Translations under genes and position numbers: made by a program | In this document: positions 26,064 to 30,337 of the stretch, piece by piece | How positions within the stretch are numbered: position 1 is the first letter of the stretch | Layout of the letters: every line of letters starts with the position of its first letter | The notes under the pieces: model-generated | What the model saw: only the letters and a program-made list of their open reading frames with translations | Databases searched by the model: none | Told to the model about the DNA's origin: nothing | From: Dubosiella newyorkensis | Lineage (GTDB): Bacteria > Bacillota_I > Bacilli_A > Erysipelotrichales > Erysipelotrichaceae | NCBI RefSeq assembly: GCF_001945605.1 | Contig: NZ_MPKA01000079.1 | Span: 1-30,337, forward strand | DNA length: 30,337 nt | Direction: 5' to 3'

Positions 26064-27719
26064 ATGAAGATAAAAAAGATAGAATTGATTAATTTTAAAC
26101 GATTTACGCATTTAATTGTTGAAAAAATACCTGAGACGGCTAAAATGATAATTTTAGTGGGACCTAATGGCTCTGGAAAAACATCTTTTATGGAGGCACT
26201 AAATCATTATTATAAGTATACTGGATATTATGATATTGGAGATTATCATTATCTCAGTAAAATAGGTAATGAGGAGGAGCTCAACCATGATCAATGGTTT
26301 AAACGTGCATCAAAACTAGTGGATATTGACTTTCATGATATAACCCCTCCCAAAACTATTGGCAACAGTAGCGATATAAAAGGCCATTTTTATTTTCGGA
26401 GTGCATATAGAAATGAACCTGATTTTCAAATAAGTTCTATGCAAAGACAACCAGATCCTACTGAATCAATACGATTAAAAACACTTAACCAAAATGATCA
26501 AACGGTTTCTGCAAACTATCAAAGATTAGTAGCCACTACTATCTCGAGTGTATATAATGTTGAAAATGATTCAAAATCTGTTGCTACTTTACGTGAAGAA
26601 TTAACTGGAAAAATTTGTGTTGCTATTGAACACGTATTTGAGGATTTGGAGTTTTCATCTCTCGGTGAGCCTCTTAAAAATGGTAACTTCTATTTCACAA
26701 AAGGAAGTACAAAAAATTTTAACTATTGCAACCTTTCTGCTGGGGAAAAATCAGTCTTCGATTTAATTTTAGACATGGTTGTTCAATCGGAGTATTATCC
26801 AGATGCTATTTACTGTATTGATGAACCAGAGACTCATTTGCATACCAAATTACAGGGAAACGTTCTACGAGAACTGTATTTTCTTATTCCAGGAAATTCA
26901 CAGCTCTGGATTTCGACTCATTCAATTGGAATGCTACAAGAAGCAGAAGAAATTGAGAAAAAAAATCCAGGTACTGTTGTTTTTTTGGACTTTGGTGAAC
27001 GAGATTTTGACACAGATCAAGTAATTTATCCAACAAAAATTGGGAAAGCAGTATTGGAAAAGTTTTACGAACTTGCTTTCGGCGATTTTGCGAAGTTAAT
27101 GTTGCCTCGAACAATCATTTTTTGTGAAGGAGATTCAAATGGAAAAAAACGAAAGAATTTTGACAAGACGATTTATTCGACTATTTTTGCCAATACTCAT
27201 CCGGATGCATTTTTTATCTCTGGCGGTTCTTGTAATGATATAGAAAAGATTGAGAACACGCATGGAGAAATAATTAGTACACTTCTTAAAAATACTCGAG
27301 TCATTAAAATCGTAGATCGAGATAATCGCAGTGATCAAGAAATTATTGATCTCAAAAAAAAGGGGATTAGGGTCTTGAAAGAGCGAAATCTCGAATCCTA
27401 TTTGCTTGATGATACTGTAATCAAGAAATTATGTGATTCAGTTGGAAAAAGCGAAGAATATAGCGAATGTATTCGAGAAAAGAATTGTGCCCTTGTCGCT
27501 TCTATAGATAGAGGAAATGCTTTAGATGATTATAAATCAGCTAGTGGAGATATTTATAATTCGTTAAAAAAGCGACTTGCTCTTACAAAATGCGGAAACA
27601 GCGCGGATAGCTTTATTCGTGATACTCTTAGTCCATTGATTACACCTGATATGGATATTTATAAAAAACTAGAAGAAGAGATTTTTGGTAAAATGGGCGA
27701 AGAAGAAAATGACGAATAG
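26064..27719 (+). CDS. ABC-type (AAA_15/AAA_21-like) ATPase fused to a DUF4435/TOPRIM-like nuclease domain (OLD-family / merged PARIS AriA-AriB-like)
   Basis: The N-terminus MKIKKIELINFKRF and Walker A GPNGSGKT (26160-26183) are present, with signature-like LSAGEKS, Walker B IYCIDEPE (26808-26831) and H-loop ISTHS. The C-terminal domain follows with IIFCEGDS (Glu codon 27126-27128), GGSCNDI, IVDRDNR (27315-27323) and NLESYLL. Confidence 0.8.
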   Translation: MKIKKIELINFKRFTHLIVEKIPETAKMIILVGPNGSGKTSFMEALNHYYKYTGYYDIGDYHYLSKIGNEEELNHDQWFKRASKLVDIDFHDITPPKTIGNSSDIKGHFYFRSAYRNEPDFQISSMQRQPDPTESIRLKTLNQNDQTVSANYQRLVATTISSVYNVENDSKSVATLREELTGKICVAIEHVFEDLEFSSLGEPLKNGNFYFTKGSTKNFNYCNLSAGEKSVFDLILDMVVQSEYYPDAIYCIDEPETHLHTKLQGNVLRELYFLIPGNSQLWISTHSIGMLQEAEEIEKKNPGTVVFLDFGERDFDTDQVIYPTKIGKAVLEKFYELAFGDFAKLMLPRTIIFCEGDSNGKKRKNFDKTIYSTIFANTHPDAFFISGGSCNDIEKIENTHGEIISTLLKNTRVIKIVDRDNRSDQEIIDLKKKGIRVLKERNLESYLLDDTVIKKLCDSVGKSEEYSECIREKNCALVASIDRGNALDDYKSASGDIYNSLKKRLALTKCGNSADSFIRDTLSPLITPDMDIYKKLEEEIFGKMGEEENDE

Positions 27720-27914
27720 AAAAATGAAGATAGAATCGATCAATATTATCGCTTAAAATGTTATGTTATTTCAAATAAGGCTAACTAAGGCTATTGATGA
27801 AAACAAACCGGAGAACAATCAACTATGAATTTCTAAAATTGATGGTATGTCAAGCTAAAATACAATCTAAATTTCTATTTTTTACAAATTGGAAGATTTT
27901 GTTTCGCTTTCCAT

Positions 27915-28250
27915 TGACTACGGGTCCTCATCTCTAAGAATCCATTTTTTGTTGATTTTCAGACTCCCAGCTTTTGCTGCGGTTTGAAAAGCTCCTAGCT
28001 TATCTTAGGGATCCTCATCGTCAAAGCCGCTTCCTAGTTTTATCTGAACGCAACGTTTTCAATATCTTGTAGTTGTTCTCATATTCCATCGAGGATTCGT
28101 ATCCGTAATGAAATGGATACGAATCCTATTATAGAATTCTTCTGTATATTTGAATATAGCTTTCTTTGCTTCTTTCATGATCGAATAGACGTATTTATAG
28201 TGCCATTAGGTTTCTAGCTGGTGGAGGATTTGATGAATTAATATTTGTGA
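27915..28250 (-). pseudogene. Decayed IS3-family transposase (OrfB C-terminus) remnant with possible terminal repeat
   Basis: The minus-strand reading gives ...ILHQLET*WHYKYVYSIMKEAKKAIFKYTEEFYNRIRIHFITDTNPRWNMRTTTRY*. This resembles the IS3 integrase C-terminal motif (...EEA..AIFEYIE.FYNR.R.HS.LGY.SP) but carries in-frame stops. A possible end TGACTACGGGTCC lies at 27915-27927. Confidence 0.45.
28092..28127. repeat. Perfect 13-bp inverted repeat (hairpin) inside the IS3 remnant
   Basis: AGGATTCGTATCC (28092-28104) and GGATACGAATCCT (28115-28127) flank a 10-nt loop. No T-run follows on either strand. Confidence 0.8.
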
Positions 28251-28456
28251 TTAGTATAGCTTTTTAAGTTATAAGGTAAATGCCAGAATGTTTGTTCCTT
28301 AAATTCTTTGTCATATTACTTTTCCATTTTTCATTTCTCCTTATTATAGAGATCAAGTTATGCTTTTTATAATGTTTTACTCCTTTAGTTTTCAGAGGTT
28401 TAAGCGACACAGTAATAATACTAGACTCACAGGTAGTGAGATTCCGCTTTTTATTT

Positions 28457-28501
28457 GGGTAACCAAATAACTAAGGGGGGATTCTCGAAATATTTTGGGT
28501 T
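28457..28501 (+). repeat. Direct repeat copy 1 (upstream of the TA module)
   Basis: GGGTAACCAAATAACTAAGGGGGGATTCTCGAAATATTTTGGGTT. The first 14 nt are identical to 29378-29391. Overall identity to copy 2 is roughly 80 percent with one indel. Confidence 0.8.
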
Positions 28502-28678
28502 ATTTTCATATTGGAGATAATGTTTATGAACAGATTTTAAATAAGTATATTACGTTTGGTATATAAAATCTTATATGAAATGAATTTATATCAGTAGATT
28601 AGCTGATAAATTTGGGAATAATAGTTTAGATAAAATAAGGTTTTTGGTATACTTATCTGTAATAAAAGGAGTTATTTT

Positions 28679-29002
28679 ATGAATGATCTATCGAACATAA
28701 TTAATAAAACGGTTTCTATTTCTATATTTAATCGTGGTCGTGCTGGTCAAGTCTTCTCGGATGTAAAAAAACGCGGATCGTTGGTTGTTCTAAAAAATAA
28801 TGAACCTGAATGTGTTCTTTTATCTCCAAAAGAATATGTTTCTTTAATGGATGAGTTGAATGATATGAGATTAGAACTTCTTGCGACACAAAGGATGCAC
28901 AATACAGATTTATCGGCTACTATTCCTGCTGAAGATGTTTACAAGAATCTTGGAATTGATCTCAATGATCTAGAATGTTTTGATGAGGTAGAACTAGATT
29001 GA
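28679..29002 (+). CDS. Type II antitoxin, Phd/YefM family
   Basis: ISIFNRGRAGQVFSDVKKRGSLVVLKNNEPECVLLSPKEYVSLMDELNDMRLELLA is a Phd/YefM-type N-terminal fold. RBS AAAGGAG lies upstream. The stop overlaps the toxin start. Confidence 0.8.
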   Translation: MNDLSNIINKTVSISIFNRGRAGQVFSDVKKRGSLVVLKNNEPECVLLSPKEYVSLMDELNDMRLELLATQRMHNTDLSATIPAEDVYKNLGIDLNDLECFDEVELD

Positions 29003-29328
29003 GCTGGAATGTAAAGTTTTTACCTGAAGCACAAGATGATTTGTTTTCTCTTGACAAGAGTCAGCAGAAGCTTGTCGTTAAAGCAATTCAAAAAGTAAAA
29101 CAGAATCCGCTTTCTTCTCGAGAAGGAGGCTATGGTAAACCTCTGGGCAATAAACGAGCCAATAAACTTTCTGGTTTTTTGAAGATCAAACTTCGCTCTG
29201 CAGGTATTCGTGTGGTTTATCAACCTATTAAGACAGAATCAGAAATGTTAATCATCATTATCGGAGTTAGGGAAGATAATGAAGTTTATGAAGTTGCTGG
29301 CAAAAGAATTAAAAAGCATAAATTATAG
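28999..29328 (+). CDS. Type II toxin, RelE/ParE (RelE/StbE-like) family
   Basis: The TTG start overlaps the antitoxin stop (TTGA). WNVKFLPEAQDDLFSLDKSQQKLVVKAIQKVKQNP...LSGFLKIKLRSAGIRVVYQ...MLIIIIGVREDNEVY is the canonical RelE/ParE pattern. Confidence 0.8.
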   Translation: MSWNVKFLPEAQDDLFSLDKSQQKLVVKAIQKVKQNPLSSREGGYGKPLGNKRANKLSGFLKIKLRSAGIRVVYQPIKTESEMLIIIIGVREDNEVYEVAGKRIKKHKL

Positions 29329-29377
29329 TGGCAAACTATTATAACTGGTAATAAAGATTGAAAATAGCGTTTATAAA

Positions 29378-29421
29378 GGGTAACCAAATAATTCAGGGGG
29401 GACTTAAAATATTTCGGGGTT
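29378..29421 (+). repeat. Direct repeat copy 2 (downstream of the TA module, ~60 bp beyond the ISL3 transposase stop; possibly an IS terminal repeat)
   Basis: GGGTAACCAAATAATTCAGGGGGGACTTAAAATATTTCGGGGTT. It is in the same orientation as copy 1. Confidence 0.8.
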
Positions 29422-29479
29422 TGATGATCGAATGTAGATATCAAGTTAAAAATGTACAAATTCGATGAGATAAAAATGC

Positions 29480-29826
29480 TCAATTTTGTTTGAAAGATAC
29501 TGAAGGATCTTTTCTCTCTGCCCAAAGAATGAGATTGCGTATATAATCGAAATTGGAAGTTCCTCTAGCATTCTTTTTGTAGTCTTTGGGTTTTCTGTTG
29601 AATGATTCCATAGGGCCGTTCGAGAGCCGTGCATAGTAGGTTTCAAGATCCTTTGATCCTTTTCTTGAAACTTCGGCTACTGTAAAAGAAAGTGCGATTT
29701 CTTTTTTGTGGGCTTTCAAGAACTGTGCGAATTCGACGAAGACCTGCTGATCGGATTATTTGTATTTTTGGATCAGGGCTTCGGGTGTTCTAGAGGCTTC
29801 CTCTGTTGTTGGATAAAAAACGTGTC
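29480..29826 (-). pseudogene. Truncated ISL3-family transposase (C-terminal fragment with in-frame stop)
   Basis: The minus-strand reading gives ...TTEEASRTPEALIQKYK*SDQQVFVEFAQFLKAHKKEIALSF...YYARLSNGPMESFNRKPKDYKKNARGTSNFDYIRNLILWA. This matches the ISL3 C-terminal signature (SNGP.EG.N.KIK..KR...G..NF...R.RIL). About 115 codons remain, with a TAA inside. Confidence 0.6.
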
Positions 29827-29961
29827 ATTGAAAGCGAGATATTATTCTTCGACAATATAAAAGAATCATTGTCGGGGAGGCTGAAATGACCGAAAAGATA
29901 AGAATAATCAGCAGATATGAAAAAACCTCTTAAAATAAATCTAATATGGATACCCGAATCT

Positions 29962-29990
29962 AAAGCCAAGCGGAAGTTTGGCTTTTTTTG
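29962..29990 (+). terminator. Orphan terminator-like hairpin
   Basis: Stem AAAGCCAA (29962-29969) pairs with TTGGCTTT (29978-29985), followed by a T-run. No convincing upstream gene exists on the plus strand. Confidence 0.45.
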
Positions 29991-30101
29991 TTATTTCCTA
30001 ACCACTCTTTTTGTGATGTTTACTATAAATCATAATGACATCCAAGAAATATTCTATTATGATGATAGTATTAGAACGTTAAGGAAGAAAAGAAAAAGGT
30101 T

Positions 30102-30233
30102 ATGAAGAAAAATACGATTGCGATCATCGATTCGATCAAAGAAAAATTTTCGAATTATATTTATTCGACTTTTACATTAGAGGATGTGAAAGATCAAGGT
30201 AAGCGGGAATTAAAACAGCGGGTAGCAGCCTGA
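30102..30233 (+). CDS. Short hypothetical ORF (43 aa), possibly the truncated 5' part of a larger gene
   Basis: ATG at 30102; MKKNTIAIIDSIKEKFSNYIYSTFTLEDVKDQGKRELKQRVAA*. The composition returns to core-like (GATC-rich). It was below the track cut-off and I read it by hand. Confidence 0.3.
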   Translation: MKKNTIAIIDSIKEKFSNYIYSTFTLEDVKDQGKRELKQRVAA

Positions 30234-30273
30234 TGAAAGTTAAAGTAGAGTAACCACAGGAGGTGGCTACCCT

Positions 30274-30337
30274 ATGGAAACGAATACCACTGCTCATAAT
30301 GAAGATCTTGTATTTACCGAGATTCCTTTTCCAAAAA
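30274..30337 (+). CDS. 5' end of an unidentified CDS (partial, runs off the window)
   Basis: AGGAGG (30258-30263) lies 10 nt before the ATG at 30274. METNTTAHNEDLVFTEIPFPK... stays open to the window end. Confidence 0.4.
   Translation, partial: METNTTAHNEDLVFTEIPFPK

Noticed and set aside
28457-29421. Idea that the ~45-bp direct repeats are integron attC sites flanking a TA gene cassette
   Set aside because: No integron integrase or attI is present in the window. The repeats lack the imperfect-palindrome R''-L''/L'-R' organisation of attC and occur as plain direct copies next to an ISL3 fragment. An IS-end or recombination-site explanation is kept instead.
22450-30100. Search for a CRISPR array, tRNA/tmRNA integration target, retron-like ncRNA or integrase in the island
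   Set aside because: Reading both strands, I saw no regularly spaced repeats, cloverleaf-compatible sequence or recombinase motifs. Absence by eye is not proof, so tRNAscan, CRISPR finders and Rfam should confirm.
29917-30105. 62-aa plus-strand ORF (MKKPLKINLIWIPESKAKRKFGFFCYF...)
   Set aside because: It contains the terminator-like hairpin plus T-run (29962-29990) in its middle. It lacks an RBS, lies in junction debris and ends in a Lys/Arg-rich tail. It is most likely non-coding.

Overview
The window looks like chromosomal DNA from a low-GC Gram-positive bacterium (Bacillota-like). This rests on AGGAGG-type RBSs, many hairpin plus T-run terminators, a lipobox lipoprotein and the gene content. 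I cannot name the species.

Positions 1-22450 are ordinary, densely packed housekeeping and accessory-metabolism genes. They include a VanZ/RDD membrane protein, rsmD, an alpha/beta hydrolase, corA, proC, a LysR regulator and a Cof-type HAD phosphatase. They also include a carboxymuconolactone-decarboxylase/cupin/FMN-reductase cluster, an ABC-2 exporter, YigZ, a sulfite/nitrite-reductase-family protein and a Na/Pi cotransporter. The last genes in the block are a rhomboid protease, a lipoprotein, a J-domain/HIRAN pair and oleate hydratase. This block is strikingly rich in GATC.

After the oleate hydratase terminator (about 22450) the composition becomes clearly more AT-rich and poorer in GATC, until about 30100. 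This ~7.6 kb stretch reads as a horizontally acquired defence-type island containing three modules and mobile-element debris:
1. A translationally coupled AAA+ ATPase (with a C-terminal HTH) plus a signal-peptide-less S8 subtilase with a complete Asp/His/Ser triad. This matches the ATPase+protease architecture I recall as IetAS.
2. A single-polypeptide ABC-type ATPase fused to a DUF4435/TOPRIM-like domain (OLD-family or merged-PARIS-like).
3. A Phd/YefM-RelE/ParE toxin-antitoxin pair bracketed by ~45-bp direct repeats.
4. Decayed IS3-family and ISL3-family transposase remnants.

The ATPase/subtilase operon, possibly acting together with the neighbouring ATPase-TOPRIM gene, is my best candidate for the interesting system. 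I saw no rRNA, tRNA or CRISPR array by eye. All calls come from motif recognition in the supplied translations and manual reading; no database search was possible.
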